DNA of 64,000 nt, from the NCBI GenBank assembly GCA_951406725.2, contig OX597817.1:27528001-27592000 (forward strand), given 5' to 3'. Position 1 is the stretch's first letter. Each line of letters opens with the position of its first letter. This DNA comes from Octopus vulgaris. Lineage: Eukaryota. The notes beneath the pieces were generated by a model. It saw only the letters and a program-made list of their open reading frames with translations, searched no databases and had not been told where the DNA came from. Shown one piece after another: positions 39,991 through 53,010 of this stretch. Position numbers and translations under genes: made by a program.

Positions 39991-42421
39991 ACACAAAATA
40001 ATTACAAGGTAGTCATCTAAGGGCATATGGCAGAAACACTACCAAAACATTTCCAATGAGAAATTGATTATGCTCGAAATCGTGTCAACACCAACCATAT
40101 AAAATATATAAGGCATTACACAAGCAAATGGGACGTTTGTAGACACAGACACACACAACACAAACTCAAACACAAACACACACACACAAACACGTGCACA
40201 CACAAACACATGCACCCACAAATTTACATCGACGTAAATATAAATTGTCTGTATCCACAATTTTGGCTACTCAGACATACCGTAATGTATTGTTTTAACT
40301 TGCAAAGCACACATTATGTATATCTATGTAAACGAAAGTTCACATGCAGAGTAAAACTTCAGTGCTACATACACAACTACACACACACACATACAGATTT
40401 ATAGAAACATAGATGGCGTAGAGTTTCACGCACACACTTAAATATATATATAAACATTTTATTCCGATACACAAGCAGTGTTTTGCTATTTTCTATATAT
40501 TTTTAAAGACAATATAATCAGACATCGAATAAAAATTACTCAATAGCTGTATATAATTGGGCCTTATACTCATACATAAAGGCACATCGTCAATTAACTG
40601 CATACAGATAAGCAGCAAACTGTACATACATACATTTACACAAAAGTATATTTATAGCATAGCTGTCTAGCTACAGCCTGTGCTCTTTTTCTCTCTCTCA
40701 CTCACTCACTCTTTTTCTCTTTCCCCTTCACAATAAATGTGTGTGCGTTCGTATGGGCGTTTAAACGCAAACGTAACATCACTTGAATTAATACCCAGGA
40801 ACCTAATTATTCTCTTCGGTACTCAACTCTGTGATAACAACCTTTCTTACACAAGGTTGTATTCGTGAATGAAATTAAGCCCGCCATTTCAGAGATTCAG
40901 AGAGAGAAAATCATTTAATCAACTTTACAGTTTTCTTTTGTTTTCCCTTGTTAATAGTAGCACACTAGCATTAAGTACCTTAGCTTCTGCCCACCGAAGA
41001 TGTAAATAATAGACAAAATACACAGCAGGCCGAATCTCAGCTGTCTCAGTTGTGATTAATGTTATTAATGATAGCTTTAACCTTATTACTAGTCGTCTAG
41101 CGTTTGCAACTTTCCGCTATTCACTATTAGGTTGCTTTTGCCTCCTATACAGAATCCCAATGGGCCGTTCTTCTTACCTTTAATGTTGTCTGTTTTATTA
41201 ATTCATATTATTATTTATATTTGTTTTACTTTAACTTTGTAAACCCATTTCCTTTCTCTCTTTGCACCCCTTCTTTCTTTTCTTCATTAATTACGTCCTT
41301 ACTTTTCTCTCATCGTTTTACGTTAGCATTTTTATTTTCTTTAACATTTTGTTATTATTTTTATTTAGTTCTATTCTCTTGCAGATCGTAAATTCTAAAA
41401 TGCCCATCTGACACTGATTAGCATAAATTAAGATTCTAAGGCTGTTGTTACATGTTTAGAATTCCTATGAAAACCAAACATGATACACTCGCATGGCGAA
41501 AGGAATAATCAAGAATGTTCTTTCAGGTAATGTTTGTCTAACTTGTTTTCATCTATAATTTTTCTTTTCCTCCCATGAACGGTATGCAACTACAACAATC
41601 ACAAAAACAAAAACTGAAGTTCACCTAGACAAAGTCATCCACTTATTTTTCTAGAATTCACACCAATTGTTAAATTGATGTTACTGTTTATTGTGTTCTT
41701 TTTATCTTTCTATTATATTGTTCTTTATTTATCTTCTTAATTTTTCTTTTCTTTTCAGTTTGTATATCCACAACTTGTTTCTTCCGACAACTAGAATTTA
41801 AATGTCCATCTTAAACAAATATCTAGATAATAGCAATGATGAAAATAATGATGATATTAATATTACATTGCAAGTGTAAGACCCCAGAGAACCGGTAGCG
41901 TTATTATTTCTTTAACAATGAATTTCTCTAAGAAATAATACCAATACGAAGGTAAAGCGTACAAAAGTAGATATAATGCCGGAACATTAAAGAGTAAGAG
42001 AAAAATAATAAAAACACGAGTTTCTTCAGATGTAGCCTCACACTAACTGTGCGTTGCTATCGATAAGAAATTAATACCTATGAACGAAAGTATTATAGCA
42101 GGAAATACAAAATAGAATGAAAAAATAACGAAAAAACATATTAAGACTAAACAGAAATATATAAGGAAGCATTAAGATTGAACGTTGTAAACTGCCGACT
42201 TTCAAAATCGTCGAAGATTTACATATGCAGCATTAACGTGGCGAGAATTAAAACAGAACCCCCCCATCCCCACCCCACACCATCGTTTGAGAGTGAAAAG
42301 TAAATTCTGCTGTTTAGCAAAGAGAAATCAGAGGATTAATGATAGGGTTGAAGTCTTTTGTTCTAGATTTTCAAACGTTAGTACATAATTGTAATCGAAC
42401 CACAAACATTAGAGTACGAAT

Positions 42422-42449
42422 GTCTATCTATCCATCCATCCATCCATCA

Positions 42450-42546
<97 letters not shown>

Positions 42547-42821
42547 CCTACCTACCTATCTATTTATCTATCTACCTACCTACCTATCTATCTATTTATA
42601 TATATACATGTATATATATATATATATGTATGTACATGTAAATATATGTATATATATATACGCGTATATATACACCTATATATGTATATATATGTATATA
42701 CATATACATATATATATATACATATATGTGTGTGTGTATTTGCACTCATGTATCCTTACATATATGTACATATAAATAAGTTTAAATATATATGTATATA
42801 CATACACTTACTTATATCTAA

Positions 42822-42866
<45 letters not shown>

Positions 42867-42905
42867 CATACATTCACACATACATACATACATACATACA
42901 TACAT
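42422..42905. repeat. (TCTA)n and (TA)/(TACA)n tracts
   Basis: Direct observation. Confidence 0.92.
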
Positions 42906-43439
42906 GCATGCATTTACCCATATAGAGAGAGAGGAATGTATGCATTTATGCGTGTATGTGTTAGTTTGAAAAGCAAACGTAAATAGCGTAAATGATATGT
43001 CTTTAGGAAAAAATAAAGAAGGTGAAAGTCAAATAAACACAGTGTTGTCGGTAGAAATCAGAAAAGCTATCTTCTATTACATTTTAGTATGTAAAGATAA
43101 TGTTTTCCAAAGGAAAATTCATATTTGAATGCATAATTACTTCGGAACTTCTTAGAAATAAAACCGGATGAATGAAATTAGAGAATTTTCGCTTCTCACT
43201 TTCTGCCTTTTGACAGGCGTTTCGAGATTTCCGTTTAACATTATAGAAAGCAAAATATTCGATACAAAGCGTAGTTTAGGAAGTTTACTTTTGATGCTAA
43301 CCGATTTCAATGTATCTCAAATGCTTGTCTAGAATTTTTTTTGTTTTTTTTTTGTTTTCATTTTCAATTCTAGCTTCATGCAATTTCACGTTTCTAATTT
43401 ATACATAAATGCTTGCTTTTATATTGAGTTTATAAACGT

Positions 43440-43560
43440 TTCGACTTCAAAAGGAAGAATGGTAAAGTCGGTGGAATTTGAACTCAAAACGTCAAGACAA
43501 ACAAAATGAGGGTGGTGTTTTTATCCGGCATTTTATCGATTCTGCTAGCTCACCACCTAA
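43440..43560 (-). mobile_element. SINE family A, degenerate fragment
   Basis: aaagtcg..gaatttgaactca.aacgt and gattctgctagctcacc. Confidence 0.7.
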
Positions 43561-44119
43561 CATCGTGGTATCAAAAAAAAAATATAATAATAATAATAAA
43601 TGAATAAATAAAATACAAAAATTCGCTAAGTTGGAGTATTCAGTACTTATTTTAGAGTAGATATTATTACTTAACAAGGATAATGCTCACAATGATCTCG
43701 ACGTTTCGGCCTGTTTAGCCTCCATGGAGCAGTTCGTTAAACTCTAGTCGTTTTCTACAGTATTCTCGGTAAAAGTAAAGAAATATATATGTTTATATAT
43801 ATATATGTGTGTGTGTGTATACACGCGTAAACTCACGTACATGCATATATACATGCATATTTACATACATCTATACATACATACATACATACATATATAC
43901 ATACATACATACATACATACAAAGGTGCGTATGTATGTATATAAATATATAGGCAAAGTGGTGAAGTAAAAAACGGCGATACTCTACCCGACGAAAAAAC
44001 TAATACATAATGCGACCACTTTTTCTGATAAATCTGCCGCGATGGGGAAACTCTTCTGAAATTATCTTAGAGTCGCAATGTTCTTACTTCCTTTTGTTCT
44101 GACTGATGCACCAAGACTG

Positions 44120-44290
44120 GTTTCACTTGCTGTCTGTAATGAGCCACAGCCAACTTGAACTGGTTTCAAGTGCCTTAGCTATCTACTTGATGCATTCTTT
44201 TACAGTTCTTTGGGTTTTACATATTCTTCTGCAGGCAATAAACCCTGATCTTGCTGACAAACCACGGTACATAGGTCCATGAACTCACGC
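44120..44290 (-). mobile_element. HERO/NeSL-like non-LTR retrotransposon C-terminal (RLE) remnant
   Basis: ARSGFIA...KECIK*IAKALETSSSWLWL resembles the GCRGF..AE.(A/S)S.WLW end of HERO-type ORFs. Confidence 0.45.
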
Positions 44291-45959
44291 TGGATTTCCT
44301 ACCTACACAAATGTATATGGATAGCTGATATTCATGAAGTCATATGACTTCAGTAATATGTATATATATATGTGTGTGTGTGTGAGTGTGTGTGTGTGAA
44401 ATTATTGTTTTTTATCAACTTAAACTCCAGGAAGAAGTTTTCTGTTCAAAACCTGTAAAACGTTACAAATGATAATACGCACACACTCAAACATCAACAC
44501 AAAATGGAGGATGCATAAATGTGCGTGTGTGTGTGTGTATGGGTGTGCATGAATGTTCTCGAATAAGATAAGTAAGGAATTAATGTATGTTCAACGCAAA
44601 TTGTTGCAAATCTCCAAGACCAATAAAAGTGAAATGTAAAGTTATTCCGATAAGTTATCTTCTTTGATCCCTGTATTTATATTAAACTCCCGTGCAGATT
44701 TGCATAACCGTATATATTCTCATTCAAAATGGAGACAATTATCAACGTTCCTAAGCGGTTCACAAATTGAATAATTATGGCGACCTCTTCCACGTGGAAG
44801 TAGTCAATGCCATTTTAATCTACAAATAAAGAATATTTATCCTCCACTGTGGTGTTTAGCACTCATTCTCCGTATGACACATAAATATCTATATATACAT
44901 GTGTGTGTGTGTGTGCGTGTACGTGTGTGTGTGCACGCGTATGATGCTTATTCTGTGATGTCAGTTCCATGTTCCAAGGAAAGATTATAATGTTGACTCA
45001 TAAGCGTCTATTGCTACAATTGTAGATACTTTAGTGTATTTTCATTTATTCGTTGTATTATTAAAGAAAACTTCCCTCTGTCGTTTACAAAATAATATTT
45101 AGTTTTCATTCAATGAACAAGTTTTGTTTTTCTCAGAAAGGAAATATTTGTTGACGACAGGGTAAATTTCTACTTCTTAGTCGCCCTCCTCATTTCTATG
45201 GTTGCACTCAACATCCCATGTGTTCACTATGTATGTCTTTCCTTTAATGTTTTAATAACAAAACTGAAATTAGTTTGTGAGACATCTTAATATTTCGCGA
45301 GAACATCAACATTATCCAATTCATTCATGTTAGGGTATACGTATTCATTCTTTTAAAGTTCCGTTCTTAACCTTACCCAAGATTATTTTATTTTTAAATT
45401 ATGAAAAAACTATTCTCGAAATGATGTTTCATCGAGATTAGAAAGGATATACGATAGAGAATAACACTATCCAAAATAATAATTTCTCCATTTTCTTTCT
45501 TTTAGCAATCTAGTTAACTTTACAAGTAAGATAATCTAAAATTGCTATTTTTTTGATTCAATAAAGACTCACACAAAAAGGAAAAAGTAAATTTTTGCTA
45601 CAAGCAAGGCGTCAACACGAAATATCAGTTTATAAATGACAAACGCTATTGATTCCTCGAGCTAAAGTATAACACCCCCACTGTGAATATATGTCAGATT
45701 GAAATGTAACCTCTTCTTCAAGTTTACCTTAGGTGTGTCATATGTAAATATCTATTTAAACAATACATAACTAACTAACACTCTATCTCCACGAATATTA
45801 GAACTTGCAATTTCTGGTGATACTTGATTAGCAATTTCTGGATATAACCAGTCTAAAACTGTATACTAAAATCTATCCCTGAACAGAAAATAAACAGGCA
45901 ATCTTCTATAACACTAAATTATGAGTTATAGAGAAAATCCTAATGTACATGACACATTA

Positions 45960-46130
45960 CCTACACAACGCTATCTTGCAAAGCTATGATGAGGGCAACC
46001 CGGTTGATTTATGTTTATCCCACACGCATTTCCTACTACAAGCACAGAATACTTTGCTCGTAACTTCAACTGTAGCTATTGCTGCTGAAATAGCAATCTG
46101 CTTGATGGGATGGATCAAGCTTTCACAACA
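45960..46130 (+). mobile_element. Possible CR1 RT fragment
   Basis: ILQSYDEGNPVD...SH..LL...LMGWIK, but the LDF.KAFD motif is missing. Confidence 0.35.
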
Positions 46131-46778
46131 CCCAATTTACCTTCGCTTTTCATTCATACTTTGTCACAACCCGTAAATCCCACACTAAATACTAAACTAC
46201 ACTAATCTGAAATTCCCTATTTTTCCTCGTGTCCTCCATGTGAACGTCCAACTACATGCATTTCAATATTTTCTGAATGTTGCCCTTTTTCTGAATGTGT
46301 AATTATTCGACCATACTTACTCAGGTCGTAATTAATTTTTTTTAATATTGGTGTTATGGAAAAGAAAACAGTACTTGAGAAATAATTCACCAGATTTCTT
46401 ATGTTCAAATAGTAAAGTGGTACGAGGCAGAAATCTTTGTGATGAAATAATTAATATTCTAATGATATTCCAGAACCTAGAAACAGACTAAAATATAATT
46501 TCTAAGGCGTGAGAATTTAAAGAGCTCCATGTGCGCTGCTACATTCGGAATGGGAAATACAAGCAAGTTTTATTCAGAACCTAACATTTTAATTTGTTAT
46601 TCTACACTATATTTTGGCGATATCCTCAAACAATAAACAGCAATTGGAGACATTATATGAAAAAATACTAAATACAAAACTTCATGTGAATTAAATACTT
46701 TTAGTGATACAATCTTCAAATTTTCATCTACAGAAGGCATATTGTAACTAACATTTATTGATATTTATTACATAGAAA

Positions 46779-47178
46779 TGCGGCGAGCTGGTAGAATCGT
46801 TAGCACGCCGGCGAAATGCGTTGCCGTATTTCGTCTGCCGTTACGTTCTGAGTTCAAATTCTGCCGATGTCGACTTTCCTTTTCATCCTTTCGGGGTCAA
46901 TAAATTAAGAACCAGTTACGCACTGGGGTCGATATAATCGACTTAATCCGTTTGTCTGTCCTTGTTTGTCCCCTCTGTGTTTAGCCCCTTGTGGGTAGTA
47001 AAGAAATAAGTATTTCGTTCGTCTATATATTCTGAGTAGAAATTCCCCCTTGGTCAACTTTGCCTTTCATTCTTTCGGAGATGATAAAATAAGTACCTGT
47101 TGAGCACTGGGGTTGACGTAATTGACTTACACTCTCCCCCAAAAATGCTGGCCTTATGCCGAAATTTGAAACCAATAT
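46779..47178 (+). mobile_element. SINE family A dimer; second unit head-less with an older-type tail
   Basis: Junction gtaaagaaataa|gtatttcgttc at ~47010; second tail gctggccttatgccgaaatttgaaacc. Confidence 0.9.
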
Positions 47179-48975
47179 TTAGGATATATGATGATCTTAC
47201 CATTTTAAAATATGTTTCTCCAAATTGCACTGTATTTTCTAAAATTTCATATTTAGCTATCAGTTATTGATCCGAGGATATTCATTTTTATTTGGATATT
47301 ATAGTTTTGTTTTCTACAAACACAGGAATTTCCAAACAGGTTCTAACATTTTTATGTTTATCTCAAGTCATTTCCTTAATTTATTTTTGCTCTAGCCCAA
47401 ACAAAAATAGCAAATATTTCACTTTCTGTGGAACAAAAGCAGTGAGCTTTATATGTTGATATTTTCACGTACTCAGTATTTGCAGATATGGACTCCATTG
47501 TTCTTGTCATAAGAACACAAAAGTTTATCTCAATAACCAAATATGTTATGCAATACTCCTTATATTATTGTTTCAAAATGACTTACATTTTCTCTAAATC
47601 ATACTATAAAGGTGTCTATTCCGATATAGATAAAGCAATTATTCAAGATAATTATTGCAGTATATCTTTGTTACGCTGGGCAAATACAAGTGCATTATTT
47701 CTTTATGGAAACTGATCTAAAATGCTAGAATTACTAGTTTATTTAAAATGTAGAAATATTCGTTGAATTTATTGTTCTTGGATAATTGATTCGGTACTAA
47801 GTTTAATGAATATTTCCTGTATAGCAAATACACTATTTAAATTTGAAAATTTTGTTTCAACAATAAGCACAAGACTTTTCATTTCCTTGCTTATACGATG
47901 CGTACTTTCTAAACAGATCAACCCAACAAAGTTACATTAAGTGGGAAAATAACAACATAAACTGTTATTCTACCATTTACTTTCATCACTTTGCTTTTTC
48001 TATTTGCGCTAACGGCACGAATGTTGTGTGGTTTTATTTTGAATGTCAAACTACTATAGATAATCATTAAATATATATATATATGAATTTTACTTAAATT
48101 ATGTTATTCAAAAATATTACCTAAAAGATTCACAATAAAGTAATTTCTTGGTTTTCAAAATGTTGTTTACTACTATCTAACATTCAATAAAGTAGTTGTT
48201 CTTCATATTGGAGATAAAGTCGAACATTATAAGTTTGAAGATATAAATTTGATTATTATATCTCAGGTAAGTTTATTGACATTTAAAAGAAATTCAAATA
48301 TAATTATAACTCTTCTCTAATCGAATTCTAAATCATTTAGATTTTGTTTGACCTAACAATTTTGGAATTAATTCAATGATCTTTCAAAACTAATAGTGAC
48401 AACGTAATGTTTGAGCAAACAATAATGAAAAGAATATATCAGTTTATAAGTATCTTGAATTATACTGCTGACAAATTACGAATTATACAGCTGACTTACA
48501 GAGACACAATGCTTTAGAGTTTGAATGCTGATAAATTATATTACACGACATTCATGCATTTCAAATGCATTATAGATGTATGAGCAAAATAATGATCTGA
48601 AGCAGAAATCATTCAAGTTTACGTCAATAATATGTCGATATTATGCTATTTAATAAAATATTGCACTTACTTTACAACAATTTACATAAATACGTTCTCC
48701 CTTTTCATTTTAGCTGATTCTGTAGATTTACTGCACTTATTATGTTAACTCCCACGGAACTATATGTCCTTTGCAAAGAAGTCATGGTGAGGAAATATTC
48801 TCCTATCAACATTTTCCTGTTGTTGAAAATTGAGGTTATATTTGTTTCAGGCAATAGGAATGAAGTTAAATTCATTTATATCAATGTTGCGGAAATGTAT
48901 TCAGTATACACACACACACACACGCACACGCACACGCACACACACACACTCACACACACACACACACACACATAC

Positions 48976-49026
<51 letters not shown>

Positions 49027-49045
49027 TGTGTGTGTGTGTGTGTGT

Positions 49046-49353
49046 GTGGAGGCGCAATGGCCTAGTGGTTAGGGCAGCGGACTCGCGGTCGCAGGATCAC
49101 GGTTTCGATTCCCAGACCGGGCTTTGTGAGTGTTTATTGAGCGAAAACACCTAAAAGCTCCACGAGGCTCGGGTAGGGGGGTGGTGATCCCTGCTGTACT
49201 CTTTCACCCCTCTTTCTCCCACTCTTTCTTCTGTTGGCCTGCTCGCTAAGCCAGCGGGGTGGCGCCATTCGAAGGCTAAAACAATGCGAACGCATTGTGA
49301 CCAGCGATGTGTAACAACATCTGATGGTCTGGTCGGTCACGTGATCACGTGAT
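49046..49353 (+). mobile_element. SINE family C head with a distinct body and tail
   Basis: ggaggcgcaatggcctagtggttagggcagcggacTCGcgg..ggtttcgattcc; ends ggtcacgtgatcacgtgat. Confidence 0.88.
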
Positions 49354-49880
49354 ATGAGAACATACACACAGGCTTTAATTGACGGTGATGCATATGGCTA
49401 TATGTTAAAGTGCAAAAGCTTCAAATATAAACTCCAGTTAATGACTGTAAATAGATGCAGATCTACATGGAAAGAAGTTGAAAATAAATTATGTAGAAGT
49501 ATGCAAATATCATTAAAATACTTCAATGCTACTCATTTTTTAATTATGGTAAACGTATACTAATAATAATTTGAAAAGCTCTAAAATATAATATATTAAA
49601 GATGGATATTAAATGTAGGATGTTCACTTTACTTTATTTTGTAGACATATTTATTTGCTAAATGTAAGATACTGTGCTCTGTATTTTAATGTATGTCGAA
49701 TCCCATGAGTTTGAATTTAATGCGATAACGGTTTTTTCCGACCTATAGATAAATACCATATCTAAGTACAGTAGTTAATGAATATAGCGAGAACAAAGTT
49801 TACTATCTCACAATTTATCATATTAAAAAAAATAGATTCATAATAGGACGCCCTCCCACGTATTGAATATTTTTTTAAAA

Positions 49881-50074
49881 TTTGTTTCAGTCATTTGACT
49901 TCGGCCATGCTGGAGCACCGCCTTTAGTCGAGCAAATCGACCCCGGGACTTATTCTTTGTAAGCCCAGTACTTATTCTATCAGTCTCTTTTGTCGAACCG
50001 CTAAGTGACGGGGACGTAAACACACCAGCATCGGTTGTCAAACAATGCTGGGGGGGACAAACACAGACACACAA

Positions 50075-50109
<35 letters not shown>

Positions 50110-50273
50110 CGACAGGCTTCTTTCAGTTTCCGTCTACCAAATCCACTCACAAGGCATTGGTCGGCCCGGGGCTATAGCAGAAGACACTTGCCCAAGATGC
50201 CACGCAGTGAGACTGAACCCGGAACCATGTGGTTGGTTAGCAAGCTACTTACCACACAGCCACTCCTGCGCCT
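49881..50273 (-). mobile_element. SINE family B, full length
   Basis: Nearly identical to 30550-30967. Confidence 0.92.
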
Positions 50274-50482
50274 ATGTCATGAAAGCTAAAAGGATATTAA
50301 GATCAAAAGCTTTTTACAATTCATTCACTTATTATCATATATATGCTGAGTTAATATGAAACCAGCATGAAACCCTTTAAAGCATTTACTAAATAATCAA
50401 GTCAACCTGAATGAATGGTTTCTTATTATATTTTTCTTCTCGGACTAATTACACAAAGGAGAAAGGAATCTTTATTACAATA

Positions 50483-51762
50483 CTAGCAATGCATCCCGGC
50501 GTTGTCCAGGTGTTATGACCTACAGCCACATTGTACGATATATATACATATATATATATATATATACATATACATACTCAATTTTTTAATTCAAGCGGAA
50601 GGTACGCACCACACAAAATGCACTGCGGCGTTACGCGGGTTGTTGATAACAATAACACCAGGACCAACTGGTATTACAGTACATGTCTCTGATAAAGAAA
50701 AACTGATTTGAAATTGTACCAATCAGTGAACACTGTGTGCATCCGGACGAATGAAGGGACACTTACCTTGGGCGAACTCATGTGTGCATGTGACCTTAAT
50801 ATGCTTTCGCATCGATGCGCGGTGCTATTGTTGTCTTCACTGAGGTTATCAGGTCAGACTTTTGTTTTCCATCGCGCCACCAACGTTATAGTACACGCTC
50901 AAACATTGAAAAGTAGGAAGATTGTAGCAAAATCTTTACGAACGTTGTGGATCATAGAATAAATAATAGACATAAATATATACTAATAACGATAAGCAAC
51001 TTTGCATAAATTGGGTTGAATAAAGTGGAAAATCTTAAAGGCAAAAAGCTCGAAAGCTTTTAGTCATTGCTTCAGGTCTTTACCACACTTGAACGAATAT
51101 AAGCTTTTACTGTTCTTAATCCTTCGGAGCATTTTATTGAATTTAAACCTGAAAATGCACGTTCGGGATTCCTGAGTCGTTTGCTACGAAAAAATCTACA
51201 TGGAAAAATTGCTTCTCGTAGTAATGCCAGAAATGATCACAATTATGCCAGAAACACGGTTCATTGGTCAGATATCTGTTGAAAAATAGGGATTTGTGCA
51301 AAAAAATGGTATCACAATACTTCAAAGACATTGTTTAATTATGGAATACTGAAAACGTTTACAGTGGCTGTTTAGTTGTGGCACAAAGGCCATTATTGAG
51401 GGAAAAATATGCCAATAATTGTTCCAAAAAAGCATGTTATTTTGTCGGTTTCTGTTAACAAATAGGAGTTTGTGCATCACAAATGCATTCATAACACGCC
51501 TTGCACACTACTGCATTTCTTTACACCGAAAACATAAAAATTGGCAACGTAAATTAGAAGCAAATCCAAATATTGCCTGAAAATAATCTCAAAATTGTGC
51601 AAGCCGACCTCGTTTTCGAGGTTTAGTATGTAGTAAAAAAAGTGTTGTCAAAATAAAAAAAAACATACTTCATTTGGTAGACGAAAGATTACTAAAATCT
51701 TTTGGTGCCTTACACGTCAAAATCGGTAACTCAGTTTCCGACTCCATAAGGAGAATACGCAC

Positions 51763-51794
<32 letters not shown>

Positions 51795-51847
51795 GATAAA
51801 ACACATACGCACATACACACACACACATACACCTTTATATAACGAGA
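50483..51847 (-). mobile_element. Non-autonomous Helitron (~1.37 kb)
   Basis: On the minus strand, A|TC start (tctcgttatataaag) and CTAG|T end with hairpin cctggacaacgccggg. Subterminal (CA)n/gaca microsatellite; ends resemble 24815-25327. Confidence 0.75.
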
Positions 51848-52635
51848 TTTTAAAAAGAAACACTAATAAATTTCTGGTTCTTTCATTCTTTTTAAAACAT
51901 AAATTCTTTACTTTTACAATTGTTCTTGTCAACGTTCCTTAATAATTAATGAATATGGGATGTTCCGTCAAAAAAATTAATATTGTTGGTGCATCAAAGA
52001 TATATGTTACTTACTGATAAAATTACATAGTTCTTCTATAACCATGATCAAAATGTTTATTATAAAATTTTAAACATTGATGTTCAATGGAATTATGCGA
52101 TGGATTTAATTGCTTCTTTCTATTTGTTTGCGATCAGCAAACTCAAATATTCTTTCACTTGCAGATGTGTGCGTGTGTTGTGTGAGTATGTGTGTGTGTT
52201 TGTGTATGTGTATGTGTGTGTGTGTGTGTGTGCGTGTGTGTGTATGTGTGTGTGTGTGTGTGTGCGTGTGCGTATGTGTGTGTGTGTAAGATGTAACCGA
52301 AAATATTTAAAGGTCAAAGTCCGAAAGTTTGTAAATGAAATCTTTATTAATATCTCAAGAATGATTGAAATGTTGATCATATTCAACCAGGGGATTGTAT
52401 GCAAGTTTGCACAAATGTAGTCTTATATCTACTTACATCTGTTATGCCATTGTCCTAAACTTTGTTTTTATCGACACTTGAATCAGTCATCTGCGAAATA
52501 TTCCAAAGATCTGTACTCGTTATTTCACATATAATTTGTTATCTATGACAGCACAGAGCTGTTTATTATTTAGTTCATTGCATTCTGCAAACAACTAGAC
52601 CCTTTATATTTGGTAGTCAATTTACAAATAAATAA

Positions 52636-53010
52636 TATTGATTTCAAATTTTGGCACAAGGCCAGCAACTTCGGGGGTGGGATAAGTCAATTACATAGCC
52701 CGCAGTACTCAACTGCTTCTTATTTCATCGACCATGAAATGATGAAAGACAAAGTCGACTTCAGCGGAATTCGAACTCGGAAGGTAAAGATGGACGAATT
52801 AGTGCTCGCCGCCTTGACCAAATAAATAATATTGGTTTCAGAGTTTGGTACAAGAACAGCAGCTTTGAGAGAGGTGCTAAGTCGATTAAATCGAACCCAC
52901 TGTTTAACTGGTACTTTTTTAATCGACCCGTCGACTCCAGTGGAATTTGAACTCAGAACGCAAAGACGGACGAAATGCCACTAAACATTTCGTCCGGTGT
53001 GCTAACGATT
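52636..53010 (-). mobile_element. Two degenerate older-type family A SINE units in tandem
   Basis: Each begins aataatattg.tttca.a.tttgg.acaag; ggaatt.gaactc B-box blocks. Confidence 0.75.

Noticed and set aside
48140-48910. Exon-like stretches (donor CAG|GTAAGT at ~48266; possible 64-nt intron at 48787-48850)
   Set aside because: The peptides are unrecognisable, acceptors are weak or absent, and the frame runs into a microsatellite.
49046-49120. tRNA-Arg(TCG) gene
   Set aside because: A and B boxes and an anticodon-like loop are present, but there is no proper acceptor stem and it continues into a SINE body.
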